Positions 19,491 through 30,580 of a DNA stretch of 60,038 nt are shown here, piece by piece. The notes under the pieces were generated by a model. That model was not told the DNA's origin. It ran no database searches and saw only the letters and a list, made by a program, of their open reading frames with translations. The translations under genes and the position numbers were made by a program. Position 1 is the first letter of the stretch, and each line of letters opens with the position of its first letter. The stretch is taken from positions 1 to 60,038 of the forward strand of contig PCWA01000092.1 in assembly GCA_002796125.1 (NCBI GenBank), written 5' to 3'. Source of the stretch: Candidatus Ghiorseimicrobium undicola. Lineage in GTDB: Bacteria; Omnitrophota; Gorgyraeia; Ghiorseimicrobiales; Ghiorseimicrobiaceae.

Positions 19491-20276
19491 ATGGAGAAGT
19501 TAAAAATTGGTATTGTTGGCTGTGGCGCGATTGGTGCAAGGATAGCCGCGGCTGTCTGCCGGGATTTTAAGAAGAACGCAAGGCTTGTCGCTTTGTCGGA
19601 CATCAGTCGAACGGCCGCAAAATCGCTAAAGAAAAAATTAAAGGCGGATGTTGTCCTTTGCGGCTTGGATGAGTTGATTGAAAAATCAGATTTTGTAATA
19701 GAAGCGGCATCGGTAAATATTTCCGCTATGGTTGTAAAGAAATCTATATTAAAGAGGCGCAGCGTATTAATTATGAGTGTCGGCGGATTATTAAACAGGA
19801 CGGGGATTTTATCTTTAGCACGCCGCAGAAAAGTTTCTGTATATTTTCCTTCGGGAGCTATATGCGGCTTGGACGGGCTGAAGGCTATGGCCTTGGCAAA
19901 GATTAAAAAAGTTACTTTGATTACCCGTAAGCCGGTTAAGTCATTGCCGGGGCGTTTTGCCGGCATTAAGAAAGAAACGGTTATTTTTAACGGCAACGCC
20001 CGTGATGCCGTCAAAAATTTTCCTCAGAATATTAACGTCGCGGCAATATTAAGCCTAGCGGGCGTAGGGCCGGAAAAAACGCGCGTCTGTATCATTGCCT
20101 CGCCTAAATTTAAGCGTAATGCGCATACAGTAGAAATTGAATCAAACGCGGGAAAGATAATAAGTCAGGCGGAGAATGTGCCTTCGCCGGATAACCCCAG
20201 GACAAGTTATCTAGCTGTGCTTTCGGCTATTGCTACGCTCAGACAGGTGTTTGACAGCGTCAAGATCGGTACATAA
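19491..20276 (+). CDS. nadX: L-aspartate dehydrogenase (NAD biosynthesis)
   Basis: GCGAIG, SGAICGLD, FPQNINVAA and NPRTSYLA. Confidence 0.9.
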   Translation: MEKLKIGIVGCGAIGARIAAAVCRDFKKNARLVALSDISRTAAKSLKKKLKADVVLCGLDELIEKSDFVIEAASVNISAMVVKKSILKRRSVLIMSVGGLLNRTGILSLARRRKVSVYFPSGAICGLDGLKAMALAKIKKVTLITRKPVKSLPGRFAGIKKETVIFNGNARDAVKNFPQNINVAAILSLAGVGPEKTRVCIIASPKFKRNAHTVEIESNAGKIISQAENVPSPDNPRTSYLAVLSAIATLRQVFDSVKIGT

Positions 20277-20278
20277 TA

Positions 20279-20343
20279 TGGTTAATTGGTTAAGTTGTTA
20301 AATGGTTAAACTATTTAACCAGTTACCGGTTACCATTTAACCA
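20279..20343. repeat. Hairpin of tandem 8-nt units (TGGTTAA / TTAACCA)
   Basis: TGGTTAAT TGGTTAAG TTGTTAAA TGGTTAAA followed by complementary TTAACCA-type units. Confidence 0.65.
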
Positions 20344-20366
20344 GAACGGGAGGAGGTGAAAAAAGG

Positions 20367-20612
20367 ATGGCAAAAAAAGTAGCTAAGGTAGGAGTAAAGA
20401 GAGAAGATGGTTATCTTTATTTTGTAGATAAGAAGGGTAACGTCTCAAGAGCAAAGATGGCCAGAGGTAAGAAAAAAGGCGGTAAACCTACTGTCGTCGC
20501 TAAAGTAGGGGTAAAGAAAGAAAAAGGATATCTTTACTTTGTAGACAAGCAGGGTGATATATCTTGTGCCAAGATGGTCAGAGGCGGCAAGAAGAAAAAG
20601 AAGAAGAGATAA
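20367..20612 (+). CDS. Small, very basic two-repeat protein resembling the crenarchaeal chromatin protein CC1
   Basis: Two internal repeats KVGVK(R/K)E.GYLYFVDK.G.(V/I)S.AKM.RG plus Lys tails; strong RBS GGAGGAGG; family recognised from memory. Confidence 0.7.
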   Translation: MAKKVAKVGVKREDGYLYFVDKKGNVSRAKMARGKKKGGKPTVVAKVGVKKEKGYLYFVDKQGDISCAKMVRGGKKKKKKR

Positions 20613-20624
20613 GAAATAGAAAAA

Positions 20625-20670
20625 AGGGACACATCCTATTTTTATTGTCGCATAAATAGGATGTGTCCCT
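20625..20670. repeat. 17-bp perfect inverted repeat (hairpin, possible terminator)
   Basis: AGGGACACATCCTATTT / AAATAGGATGTGTCCCT. Confidence 0.75.
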
Positions 20671-20767
20671 AATTAATTCAAAGAGGCATTTGACAAAGGG
20701 GATGCCGGGAAGGCAATCACGATTAGCAAAAAATATTCACGGCCGTAAAAAAATCCGGATTTAATAA

Positions 20768-20868
20768 GGTCATTTATACTTTGTGGACAAACGAGGCGAT
20801 GTGCCGTGCTGAGATAGCCAGAGGCGGCAAGAAGAAAAAGAAGAAAAGATGAGAAATAGAAAAAAGGG
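20768..20868 (+). pseudogene. Frameshifted duplicate of the 3' half of the CC1-like gene
   Basis: GHLYFVDKRGDV-(frameshift)-RAEIARGGKKKKKKR*; the following GAAATAGAAAAAAGGG matches the 3' flank of the intact gene. Confidence 0.75.
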
Positions 20869-20874
20869 GCGCCT

Positions 20875-22767
20875 GTGAAATTTCAGTTACGGTCAAATGA
20901 GCAGAGCATTAATAGATGCGTATGGTTTTTAATCGCTACTTATATTATTATATTTTGCTATTTCTCTTTTCTCAAGCTGATATCTTTTTCCTACGGCGAT
21001 TTTGATTTAGCGGTTGATGAGCAATTCCTCTGGAATTTAGGCTGGCGTGGTTCTTTTTATAGTTCTATTCTTGGAACTAACTTTTTTGGTAACCACCTGC
21101 ATTTTATTATAATTTTCCTCTTGCCGTTTTATAAGTTATTGCCTTATTCGTTAACATTGCTATGGTTGCAGACTTTTATTTTAGCTCTTGGGGCATGGCC
21201 GTTATATCTTTTGGCAAAGAATGTCTTAAGCCCGTCATGGGGGCTTTTAGCAGTGTTTGCTTATCTGCTTTACCCGCCATTAGCATATACTAATCTTTTT
21301 GAGTTTCATCCAGTAGTTTTTGTTGTGTTTTTTCTTTTATTCACGCTTTATTTTTATCACACGCGGCGTTTTGTCCTATTCGTTGTTTTTCTGGCAATAT
21401 GCTTATTATGCCAAGAGAACGTTTCTTTAGGTATTGCAGTATTAGGTATTTATGCTTGGGCGCAAAGACGTTCTAAAAAATGGATTTTAACGCCTTTAAT
21501 CTTTGGGACAGTATACTTTATTTTCGCGGTAAAAGTTCTTCTGCCGTTTTTTAATAAGAATACCTTGCATTTTTTATTACTTTACAGGCATTTTGGCAGC
21601 AGCTATTCGGAAATTTTTTCAAATATACTTTTACATCCTCTTGGCACATTTTCATATATTCTTCAGGCGGAAAAATTACATTACCTATTTAATCTCTTTG
21701 CTCCCCTTGGGTTAATATCCTTGCTTAGTCCGATATCGCTTCTGCCGGCTATTCCATTTTTCTTGCAGCATTTGCTTTCCAATAGAAGTACTGAAATCAC
21801 GGTTTATTTCCACTATGCCGCCGAATTAATTCCGTTCATTTTTACGGCTTTTATCTTTGGCATTAAACGTGCTTTGTCTTTTGCGGTATTTAAAAAAAAA
21901 TCTTATCTGCTTGCTCTTTGTCTCTCAGGCGCGCTAATTTTAGGAAGTTTACGATTGTGGCCTCATTTTACCCAAGCAGCGGCTAACCAATGGCAGGTAG
22001 ATACCAAAGATAGAATAAAGAAGTTTTTTCTTAAAAAAATTCCTCCGCAAGCACCGGTCATAGCAACTTTTGAGTTTTTGCCATTTTTAGCTCACCGCAG
22101 CGGTCTCTATTCTTTTCATCATGTATATGGAGGATTTCATACGATATCTGCCAAGCCTTACGTATTGCCTTCCGATATTGAATACGCGCTTTTAGATTTT
22201 AGCGACGAATTAACTTTTGGCGCAAGGGGATTTTTTAGCCCCCAAGGCTATGAAAACCTGCGTAATTTTTTAAGCAGCGGTTCGTGGGGCATTGTGAATG
22301 CCGTAGATTCCATAGTCCTTTTTAAAAAAGGAGAGAAAAGAGACATTTTTCTTTATAAAGTAATGGATGTGCCGCCGCAGCCGGAAAATAAAGCCGGTTA
22401 TGTTATTGAAAATGGTATTGAGTTTTTAGGTTATGATGTTTTGGAAGACGAAGGCAGGTTTAAAGTGATTTTTTATTGGCATTGCCTTGAAAAGATAGAT
22501 AAGGATATTACGGTTTTTTTTCATCTTGTTGATTCCGAAGGCAGAATCATTTATGAATCGCTTATTCCGCTCTGCTATCGAATTTATCCAACCACAGCAT
22601 GGGCGGCAGGAGAATATATCCGGGAAGTTAAATTTTTACCGTTTATACAAGAAGTAAAGACTAAAGGTGCGCGATGGAAAATGGGTTTTTATAATTTCTT
22701 AAGTGGCAAGGGTTATCCTGTCATCGAAAAAGATACTTTTGGGAGAATAGAGCTTAATTTAAAATGA
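20875..22767 (+). CDS. DUF2079-family polytopic membrane protein (probable GT-C) with C-terminal extracytoplasmic domain
   Basis: DFDLAV, FFGNHLH, FEFHP and FHYAAEL; many TM helices. Confidence 0.75.
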   Translation: MKFQLRSNEQSINRCVWFLIATYIIIFCYFSFLKLISFSYGDFDLAVDEQFLWNLGWRGSFYSSILGTNFFGNHLHFIIIFLLPFYKLLPYSLTLLWLQTFILALGAWPLYLLAKNVLSPSWGLLAVFAYLLYPPLAYTNLFEFHPVVFVVFFLLFTLYFYHTRRFVLFVVFLAICLLCQENVSLGIAVLGIYAWAQRRSKKWILTPLIFGTVYFIFAVKVLLPFFNKNTLHFLLLYRHFGSSYSEIFSNILLHPLGTFSYILQAEKLHYLFNLFAPLGLISLLSPISLLPAIPFFLQHLLSNRSTEITVYFHYAAELIPFIFTAFIFGIKRALSFAVFKKKSYLLALCLSGALILGSLRLWPHFTQAAANQWQVDTKDRIKKFFLKKIPPQAPVIATFEFLPFLAHRSGLYSFHHVYGGFHTISAKPYVLPSDIEYALLDFSDELTFGARGFFSPQGYENLRNFLSSGSWGIVNAVDSIVLFKKGEKRDIFLYKVMDVPPQPENKAGYVIENGIEFLGYDVLEDEGRFKVIFYWHCLEKIDKDITVFFHLVDSEGRIIYESLIPLCYRIYPTTAWAAGEYIREVKFLPFIQEVKTKGARWKMGFYNFLSGKGYPVIEKDTFGRIELNLK

Positions 22768-24314
22768 CAGAACAGGTTAAAACAATAAAAGTTTTGGTTT
22801 TCATCGTCGCCTATAACGCAGAAACGACGATAGAAAAAGTATTGAGGCGCATTCCGGAAGAAATATACAATGCTTACGATACGCATGTGCTTATTATCGA
22901 TGATTCATCCAGCGATGAAACCTTCAGCGTTGGACTGTCTTTTTCCGGAACCTTTCCGGGGAAAAATATAACGGTTTTACGCAACCCAGAAAATCAAGGT
23001 TACGGCGGTAATCAGAAAATTGGCTATAATTACGCTATTAAATACGGGTATGATATTGTTATACTTTTGCATGGAGATGCGCAATACGCTCCGGAATGTA
23101 TGCTCTCGCTCATTGAGCCCATTGCTAAAGATGAGGCTGAGGCCGTTTTCGGCTCGCGTATGCTGAAAAGCGGCTCGGCTCTCAAAGGAGGCATGCCGCT
23201 TTATAAATACATCGGAAATAAAATTTTATCTGGGTTGCAGAATAAGATAATGGGAAAGATGCTTTCCGAATGGCATTCCGGTTACAGGGCTTATGCGGTA
23301 TCTGTGTTCAAACAAATTCCCTTTGAGCGCAACGACAACGGCTTCCCTTTCGATACAGATATTATCTTGCAGTTGATTCAAGCCGGGGCTCGTATCAGGG
23401 AGGTTCCCATCCCGACATATTATGGGGATGAGATTTGCCGTGTAAATGGCATGCGTTATGCTTTTCAAGTTTTCGTGAACACAATGCGTTGCAGGTTGCA
23501 TAATATGAATTTATTCTACGAGCGTAAATATGACTGTGCTCCCCAAGAGGCGGCCTATCCTCTTAAGCTTGGGTATCTTTCGTCGCATACAATGGTGATT
23601 GATTTGGTAAAGGAGAATTCTTGGGTGCTTGATATAGGCTGTGGCCAGGGTTTAGTCGCAAAAAAACTAGTTAAAAAAGGATGTCATATTGTCGGGATTG
23701 ATTCTTTTAAGCCGGCGGATACTTCTTTTTTTGAAAAATTTATTAAAGCCGCTTTACCAATGGATGAGTGTCCTTGGAATAAAGAATATCGTTTTGATTA
23801 TGTTCTTCTGCTTGATGTTATTGAACATATGGCTGATCCCGAAAAATTTATGGATAAACTGCGCGATTTCCTGCAGGGGCATCCCTGCACGCTTATTATA
23901 ACTTCGGCAAACGTTTCTTTTTACCTGACGCGTTTACAGCTTTTGTTAGGCCGTTTCAACTATGTAAAAAGGGGAATTTTAGATATGACGCATCTGCGGC
24001 TTTTTAATTTTGGCACGTTGAAGCGCTTACTAGTGCAGTGCGGTTATAAGGTCTTAAAAATTAAAGGAATCCCTGCGCCATATCCGGAAGTTATCAAATT
24101 TAGGCGGTTAGCTTTTTTTATGGTTTATCTTAATCAGCTGTTTATTTTTTTATGTAAAAATTTATTTGGGTATCAGGCTTTGATTATAGCCCAGCCTTAC
24201 CCTAATTTAGACTTTCTTTTATCCCGTTCCATGGGACATAGCAGCAAGGAAAAAAATGATACGCCCGAACGAAAAGAAAACGGACAAGGATCAGGCCTCA
24301 ATTTTAAAAATTAA
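22764..24314 (+). CDS. Bifunctional GT2 glycosyltransferase / class I SAM methyltransferase
   Basis: VAYNAE, DDSSSDET, NQGYGGNQK, LHGDAQY; C-terminal VLDIGCGQG, DVIEH, GILDMTHLR. Confidence 0.88.
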   Translation: MTEQVKTIKVLVFIVAYNAETTIEKVLRRIPEEIYNAYDTHVLIIDDSSSDETFSVGLSFSGTFPGKNITVLRNPENQGYGGNQKIGYNYAIKYGYDIVILLHGDAQYAPECMLSLIEPIAKDEAEAVFGSRMLKSGSALKGGMPLYKYIGNKILSGLQNKIMGKMLSEWHSGYRAYAVSVFKQIPFERNDNGFPFDTDIILQLIQAGARIREVPIPTYYGDEICRVNGMRYAFQVFVNTMRCRLHNMNLFYERKYDCAPQEAAYPLKLGYLSSHTMVIDLVKENSWVLDIGCGQGLVAKKLVKKGCHIVGIDSFKPADTSFFEKFIKAALPMDECPWNKEYRFDYVLLLDVIEHMADPEKFMDKLRDFLQGHPCTLIITSANVSFYLTRLQLLLGRFNYVKRGILDMTHLRLFNFGTLKRLLVQCGYKVLKIKGIPAPYPEVIKFRRLAFFMVYLNQLFIFLCKNLFGYQALIIAQPYPNLDFLLSRSMGHSSKEKNDTPERKENGQGSGLNFKN

Positions 24315-24445
24315 CTGACAGGCAATCATCCGATCAGATAATTTCATCTTTAAACGTAGATAAGCATTTTGATTTTCGGACAAACTAATCTTGAATCGAT
24401 ATCGGCATGCCAGAGAAATTAAAAGCTGCCAGAAGGTTTTTGCGC

Positions 24446-27292
24446 ATGCAAAATAGTTATATAGTTATCCGCGGCGCCAAGGTCCACAACCTAAAAAATA
24501 TAGACCTTGAACTCCCGCGAAACAAGTTGATTGTCGTAACCGGCCTTTCCGGCTCGGGAAAATCATCTTTGGCATTTGACACGATATACGCCGAGGGCCA
24601 GCGCCGTTACGTGGAAAGCCTTTCCAGTTACGCCCGCCAGTTTTTAGAGCGCCTTGATAAACCGGATGTAGAATTTATAGACGGTTTATCTCCCGCCATA
24701 TCTATAGAACAAAGAACAGCCGGAGGCAATCCCCGTTCCACAGTAGGCACGCAAACCGAGATTTATGATTACCTGCGGCTTTTATTCGCTAAAATCGGCA
24801 CCCCCTACTGCCATAAATGCGGCAGGCTCATCCGGAGGCAGACATCCGAAGAAATAGTAGCGCAAATTATGAATCTTGGTTTGGCAAAAAAAATACAGAT
24901 ACTCGCTCCGCTCATAAGAGGGAAAAAGGGGGAATACAGGGATATATTTAAATTGCTGCAGAAGGAAGGTTTTGTGCGCGCCCGCGTAGACGGTAAGGTG
25001 TGCGAGTTGGCAGCGCCGCCGAAGCTGGATAAATACAAAATTCACCATATTGATGCTGTTGTTGATACGGTGACCATAGACAGCAAGAATAAACGCAGGA
25101 TCGCCGACTCAGTGGAAACGGCGCTCAAAGCGGGCAAGGGTATGGTAATAGTGCATAGCCGGCAGTCGATAGTCCATAATAAAAAGAAGCTTTCTCTTGA
25201 CCGCGGACGATCGGCTATGGATTTGGTTTTCAGCGAACAATACGCCTGCCCTGATTGCGGTATAAACCTGCTTGAGATAGAGCCGAGGATTTTTTCTTTT
25301 AATTCGCCCTATGGCGCCTGCCCGGTATGCAATGGCCTGGGAACAAGAATGGAGTTTGATGTAGACCTTATTATTCCTGATAAAGATAAGTCGTTGTCAG
25401 AAGGAGCCCTGGCTCCCTGGAAGAAAGGCGGAAAAGGGTATTTAATGTATTATCGTATGCTCCTGAGAGAACTATCCGGGAGAATGGGCTTTAGCATGGA
25501 TACGCCGTTTAAGAAACTAAGTAAAAGAGTTCAGAACGCTATATTATACGGCAGCGATGAGGTAATTTGGGGCAAGCCTTTTGAAGGGCTTATGCCGCAT
25601 TTAGGAAGGCTGTTTAATCAGACTGAAAGCGAGCACTTTAAAGAGCAGATTGCTAAATTTATGTCGGTTTTACCTTGTACTGAGTGCAATGGCGCGCGCC
25701 TTAAAAAAGAGAGTTTGTCGGTGAAAATTAACGGTAAATCTATCCATGATATTTCACTCATGTCTTTAAAGCAGCTAAAAGATTTTTTCTCCGGCTTGAG
25801 GCTTTTGCCAGGCCAGCGGTCTATTGCCAAGGATATATTTAAGGAAATAAGCGAGCGCCTTAATTTTTGTATAAATGTGGGATTAGATTATCTTACTCTG
25901 GAACGTAAAAGCTCTACGCTTTCCGGTGGTGAATTCCAAAGGATAAGGCTGGCGACACAGGTGGGCTCTAGGCTTGTCGGGGTAGTTTATGTTTTGGATG
26001 AGCCGAGTATTGGCCTGCATCAAAAGGATAACCATAAACTGTTAAATACGTTGAAATCCCTTCGCGATTTAGGCAACACATTGATAGTCGTAGAGCATGA
26101 TGAGGCAACAATAAGGGAAAGCGATTACGTTGTTGATTTAGGGCCGGGCGCCGGCAGATTCGGAGGCAGGGTTGTATTTGCCGGCGCGACAAGCGGTTTA
26201 TTAACACATAAAGAATCTCTTACCGCCAGATATCTGCGCGGAGAATTGGTTGTAGGCGTTGGCAATAAGAGAAGAGGTTGGCGTGATAAAAAACATCTCA
26301 AATTTTTCGGCTGCCGCCAGCATAATTTAAAAAGCATAGACGTTAAGATCCCTTTAGGCGTATTCACCTGTATTAGCGGCGTCTCCGGATCAGGCAAATC
26401 TACGCTGATAGAAGAGATTGTATATAAATCCCTGCAGAAAGAAGTTTATAAAACTAAAGTTAAACCGGGTATCTTTGATAGGGTGGAGGGGGCGCAATTG
26501 ATTGACAAGATAATAGAAATAGACCAGTCGCCTATAGGCAGGACGCCCCGTTCTAACCCGGCGACCTATACCGGAGTTTTTAGCCTTATAAGAGATGTTT
26601 TTAGCAGATTGCCGGAGTCGCGCCTGAGAGGGTATAAGCCCGGCAGGTTTAGCTTTAACGTTAAAGGCGGCAGATGCGAGGCATGCGGCGGCGACGGCAT
26701 TAAAAAAATTGAAATGCATTTTTTGCCTGATGTATATGTTGTCTGCGAGGTGTGCCGGGGGGCGCGTTTTAATGAGCAAACCCGGGGTGTTTTATATAAA
26801 GGTAAATCCATATCTGATGTTTTAGAAATGCCCATAGAAGGAGCTTATTTATTGTTTGAGAATATACCTAGGATAAAGGATATTCTTCAAACGCTTATAG
26901 ATGTCGGTTTGGGTTATATACAGCTGGGCCAGCCGGCTACCACGCTTTCGGGCGGAGAGGCGCAAAGGATAAAACTTACTTCAGAATTAGCTAAGCGCGC
27001 TACGGGTAATACGTTCTATATATTAGATGAGCCGACTACCGGATTGCATTTTTCTGATGTGGACAGGTTATTGAAGGTATTAAACAGGCTGGTTGAGCGC
27101 GGTAACACCGTGGTTGTGGTAGAGCATAACCTTGATGTGCTAAAAAGCGCCGATTTTATTATTGATTTAGGCCCCGATGGCGGGGATAATGGCGGTAGAG
27201 TAGTCGCATATGGCTCTCCTGAGGAAATAGCAAGTAGTAAAAATTCTTATACCGGAGAATATCTTAAACCGCTATTGCAAAAACAAGCATAG
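24446..27292 (+). CDS. uvrA: Excinuclease ABC subunit A
   Basis: [23 protein letters not shown], zinc fingers, two LSGGE and a second GVSGSGKS; start likely 24446 (ORF track 24407). Confidence 0.98.
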   Translation: MQNSYIVIRGAKVHNLKNIDLELPRNKLIVVTGLSGSGKSSLAFDTIYAEGQRRYVESLSSYARQFLERLDKPDVEFIDGLSPAISIEQRTAGGNPRSTVGTQTEIYDYLRLLFAKIGTPYCHKCGRLIRRQTSEEIVAQIMNLGLAKKIQILAPLIRGKKGEYRDIFKLLQKEGFVRARVDGKVCELAAPPKLDKYKIHHIDAVVDTVTIDSKNKRRIADSVETALKAGKGMVIVHSRQSIVHNKKKLSLDRGRSAMDLVFSEQYACPDCGINLLEIEPRIFSFNSPYGACPVCNGLGTRMEFDVDLIIPDKDKSLSEGALAPWKKGGKGYLMYYRMLLRELSGRMGFSMDTPFKKLSKRVQNAILYGSDEVIWGKPFEGLMPHLGRLFNQTESEHFKEQIAKFMSVLPCTECNGARLKKESLSVKINGKSIHDISLMSLKQLKDFFSGLRLLPGQRSIAKDIFKEISERLNFCINVGLDYLTLERKSSTLSGGEFQRIRLATQVGSRLVGVVYVLDEPSIGLHQKDNHKLLNTLKSLRDLGNTLIVVEHDEATIRESDYVVDLGPGAGRFGGRVVFAGATSGLLTHKESLTARYLRGELVVGVGNKRRGWRDKKHLKFFGCRQHNLKSIDVKIPLGVFTCISGVSGSGKSTLIEEIVYKSLQKEVYKTKVKPGIFDRVEGAQLIDKIIEIDQSPIGRTPRSNPATYTGVFSLIRDVFSRLPESRLRGYKPGRFSFNVKGGRCEACGGDGIKKIEMHFLPDVYVVCEVCRGARFNEQTRGVLYKGKSISDVLEMPIEGAYLLFENIPRIKDILQTLIDVGLGYIQLGQPATTLSGGEAQRIKLTSELAKRATGNTFYILDEPTTGLHFSDVDRLLKVLNRLVERGNTVVVVEHNLDVLKSADFIIDLGPDGGDNGGRVVAYGSPEEIASSKNSYTGEYLKPLLQKQA

Positions 27293-27311
27293 ATGATAAA
27301 ATAAAATAAGA

Positions 27312-29813
27312 ATGCAAAAAATAAAATCCAAAATCAAAATTCCCAAAAGGCAATTCCGGCTAATAATATTTATATTTTTAGCAGCTGTTTTTTGCGCCTT
27401 CTTTTTTAATCCGCCGCTTTTTGCCGGCCAGGAAGATGATGATTTATATGTGGCTGAGAAAGCGTTAAAAGATGGTTTTTGCGAAATATCACTGGGATTG
27501 TTGGAGCGCTTTATTAACGACTATCCGGAAAGCAAGCTAAGGCCTAAAGCTGAGTTGTTGACAGGCCAATGCTTGTTTAATTCCGGGAAATATTTTAAGG
27601 CCCTAAGCACTTTTGAAAAATTGATGAATTCCAGCGATGCCGCTTCCATCATGGACGCTGTATTATACTGGACGGCGGAGGTTCATTTTAAAGGCGGTGA
27701 TTTTTCGCAGGCAAGGCTATATTATCAGAGGCTCGTTGATGAATTTAGCGCCTCTTCCTACGCGCCGTTCGCGCAGTATTATTTAAGCTGGTCTTTTTTT
27801 GAAGAAACTAAATTTGAAGAGGCAAAAAAAGCATTTCTTGAATTAAAGCAGAAATTTCCTTTATCGCACTTGGTGGAAGACGCCGATTTTAAAATCGCGC
27901 TATGCTATTATCATCTTAAAGATTATAAACAGGCAGAAGAAATTCTCGGCGCGTATATAAAAAATTATCCAGAATCAGCGGAATTAAATGAGGCATTGTT
28001 TTATCTGGCAGAAAGTATGTATTATCTCAATGATTTTATCCGGGCTAAAGATACATATGCCAAGATTATAGCTAAATCCCAGAGCCGCAAATTGAACAAC
28101 CTGGCATATGCCGGCCTGGGGTGGTCTTTTTTTAAATTAAAAGACTTTGATGAGGCGCTTAAGTTTTTTGCTAAGGTTGATGAATCAAATACTAAAGCTT
28201 ATGCCGGAGCATTGCTGGGCGAGGCATCCGTATTAAAGGAAATGAAAGATTTCGAATCGGCACTTGATGTTTATGATGAGCTGCTGGGAAAATTTCCTAC
28301 CTATGATTCCGTGCTTTTTGCGTATTTTGGCAAAGCAGAGAGCTTGTATTCTCTTTCGAGATATGAAAAAGCCATATCAATATACGTATATATATTGGAT
28401 GAATCATCAAAGATTGAAGGCATGCCTGAGCTCACTGGATTATTGGATAAAGTGCATTATAATCTCGCCTGGTCATATTTAAAAACGGGTAATTTCACAA
28501 GCGCGATATCACAATTTCAAAAGGTGGCCAAAAGTTCCAGCGATGATATAGTAAAAGTCAGCGCTTTGTGCCAGGTGGCGGATACATATCAGGACTTGGG
28601 AAACTATCAGCAGGCCACCGAAGTCTATGATTCTATATTAAAAGGCTATCCGGATAACATATACCTTGATTATGTGCAATACCGCTTAAGCCTCTGCCTG
28701 CTTAAAATGCAGAAATTTGAAAGTTCTATCATCGGCTTTAAAAGCCTGCGGGTTAATTTTCCTGAAACTAAATTAAAGCCCGATGCGGAATATTATCTTG
28801 GCCTGGCGTATTTTAAAGGCCGGGATTTCATAAAAGCTAAAGAACAATTGGACAGATTTATTTCTTTATTCCCGGATAGTTCTTTGCGGCCCCAGGGTTT
28901 ATATTTAAGCGCTGTTTCTTCTTTTAATATGGGGCGTTATAAAGAAGCAAGCCTGGTTTTTGCGCGTATTATAAAAGAGTATCCTCAAGAATCCGAGCTT
29001 GCCATGAGGTCTGAATTCGAAATGGCCAACTCTTTTTATCAGGCTAAAGAGACGGAAAGAGCCATAAAAAAATTTAAAGAAATATTATCACGCCATCCTA
29101 ATTCCGCGATAGCCGCGGATGTTATTTATTTTCTGGGAGAGCACTATTTTTCAGTAAAGGATGAAGATGTCGCGATCAGGTATTTTAAACGTATTATACA
29201 GGATTACCCTGCCAGCGATCTTGTTTTTGATTCTTATTATTCTTTGGGCTGGATTTACTTAAGCCGTAATAAATATCAGGAAGCTTTAGAGCAGTTTAAT
29301 AATATCATTAAAGCCGATGGCAGCCAGCTTAAGCCCCAGGCGATTTTAGCGCGCGGAGATTCTTATCTTAAAATGAACAGCATAAAAGAAGCGCTGGAGG
29401 CTTATAATCAAGCTCTAGCTGATTACCCTGAATTTTCCAAGAATGCTTACATAAGGATTGCCGATGTTTATAAGGCTCTTCAAGATTGCGATAAAGCTAT
29501 AGAGCATTATCGGCTCGCTTTAGCTGAAAGCAGCTCCGGTGAGGCCGCAGAAGTTCAATTTAAAATTGCTGAAACCTTGCAGGAATGCGGCAGGCTTGAG
29601 GAAGCAAAAGAAATGTATCTTAAAAATGCCTATCTTTATCCTGCCAGCCGGCATTGGGGCCTGCGTAGTTATCTTAGGGTGGCCCGTATTTTAGAAGATA
29701 GCGAGGATTGGAAAGGGGCGGGTAATATCTATAGTAAAATTTCGGTTATGGACGTGGAGGAGGCTAAGTTCGCGCGGGAGAGGCTGGAGGCAATAAGCAA
29801 AAGGATTAAATGA
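27312..29813 (+). CDS. Exported long TPR protein (BamD/CpoB-like repeats)
   Basis: Signal peptide-like N-terminus; many repeats ending in YP.S and starting with A.(Y/F).L(A/G). Confidence 0.85.
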   Translation: MQKIKSKIKIPKRQFRLIIFIFLAAVFCAFFFNPPLFAGQEDDDLYVAEKALKDGFCEISLGLLERFINDYPESKLRPKAELLTGQCLFNSGKYFKALSTFEKLMNSSDAASIMDAVLYWTAEVHFKGGDFSQARLYYQRLVDEFSASSYAPFAQYYLSWSFFEETKFEEAKKAFLELKQKFPLSHLVEDADFKIALCYYHLKDYKQAEEILGAYIKNYPESAELNEALFYLAESMYYLNDFIRAKDTYAKIIAKSQSRKLNNLAYAGLGWSFFKLKDFDEALKFFAKVDESNTKAYAGALLGEASVLKEMKDFESALDVYDELLGKFPTYDSVLFAYFGKAESLYSLSRYEKAISIYVYILDESSKIEGMPELTGLLDKVHYNLAWSYLKTGNFTSAISQFQKVAKSSSDDIVKVSALCQVADTYQDLGNYQQATEVYDSILKGYPDNIYLDYVQYRLSLCLLKMQKFESSIIGFKSLRVNFPETKLKPDAEYYLGLAYFKGRDFIKAKEQLDRFISLFPDSSLRPQGLYLSAVSSFNMGRYKEASLVFARIIKEYPQESELAMRSEFEMANSFYQAKETERAIKKFKEILSRHPNSAIAADVIYFLGEHYFSVKDEDVAIRYFKRIIQDYPASDLVFDSYYSLGWIYLSRNKYQEALEQFNNIIKADGSQLKPQAILARGDSYLKMNSIKEALEAYNQALADYPEFSKNAYIRIADVYKALQDCDKAIEHYRLALAESSSGEAAEVQFKIAETLQECGRLEEAKEMYLKNAYLYPASRHWGLRSYLRVARILEDSEDWKGAGNIYSKISVMDVEEAKFARERLEAISKRIK

Positions 29814-29912
29814 GCTATGGTTTACGGTTGGCCGGTTTGTCTTTATAGGGAATTGAGTTCTTCAGTTAAATTTATCAAAAAGCGTCTCTATAATTAAAAA
29901 AAAGGGGGGGGT

Positions 29913-30542
29913 ATGGAGTTTTGGAAAATGTCGCCTTGGCAGGTATTTTGTGCCGGGGGGCCGTTAATGTGGCCTATATTTATTTGTTCTATCATGTCAT
30001 TAGCAATTATATTAGAAAGGTTTTTTGTCCTTTCGCATTCAAAAATAAACGCCCAGAGTTTATTAAATAAAATTATTGAGTATGTTAAGCATAATAGGAT
30101 AAAGGAAGCTCTGGAGGAATGCGAAAAAAAATCAAGCCCGGTAAGCAGGATACTCAAAGCCGGTATCATCAAATACGACAGAACAAAGGACCAGATGAAA
30201 GAGTCGATAGAAGACGCCTCCTTATATGAAATACCGATTCTGGAAAAACGCATGACGGCTTTAGCTACCATTGCGCATATATCGCCTCTTTTGGGTTTAC
30301 TGGGTACTGTGACCGGTATGGTAGGAGCTTTTCAGGCGATTCATAAAGTAGGCATTAGCGGGCCGGTAAGCCCAGCAGACCTTGCGGCAGGCATCTGGGA
30401 GGCGCTCTTAACCACGGTTTTTGGGCTGATGGTGGCAATCCCGACATATGTATTTTATAATATACTGGTAAGTAAAATTAATTCTATTGTGTTAGATATG
30501 GAGCGGACAGCCACAGAACTGGTTAATTTTTTAAGTGAATAG
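29913..30542 (+). CDS. MotA/TolQ/ExbB proton-channel protein
   Basis: GGPLMWPI, PLLGLLGTVTGM and GIWEALLTTVFGL. Confidence 0.93.
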   Translation: MEFWKMSPWQVFCAGGPLMWPIFICSIMSLAIILERFFVLSHSKINAQSLLNKIIEYVKHNRIKEALEECEKKSSPVSRILKAGIIKYDRTKDQMKESIEDASLYEIPILEKRMTALATIAHISPLLGLLGTVTGMVGAFQAIHKVGISGPVSPADLAAGIWEALLTTVFGLMVAIPTYVFYNILVSKINSIVLDMERTATELVNFLSE

Positions 30543-30580
30543 CATCGCGAGTCCGTATTTCATTTATCGTGGGGGATTTT

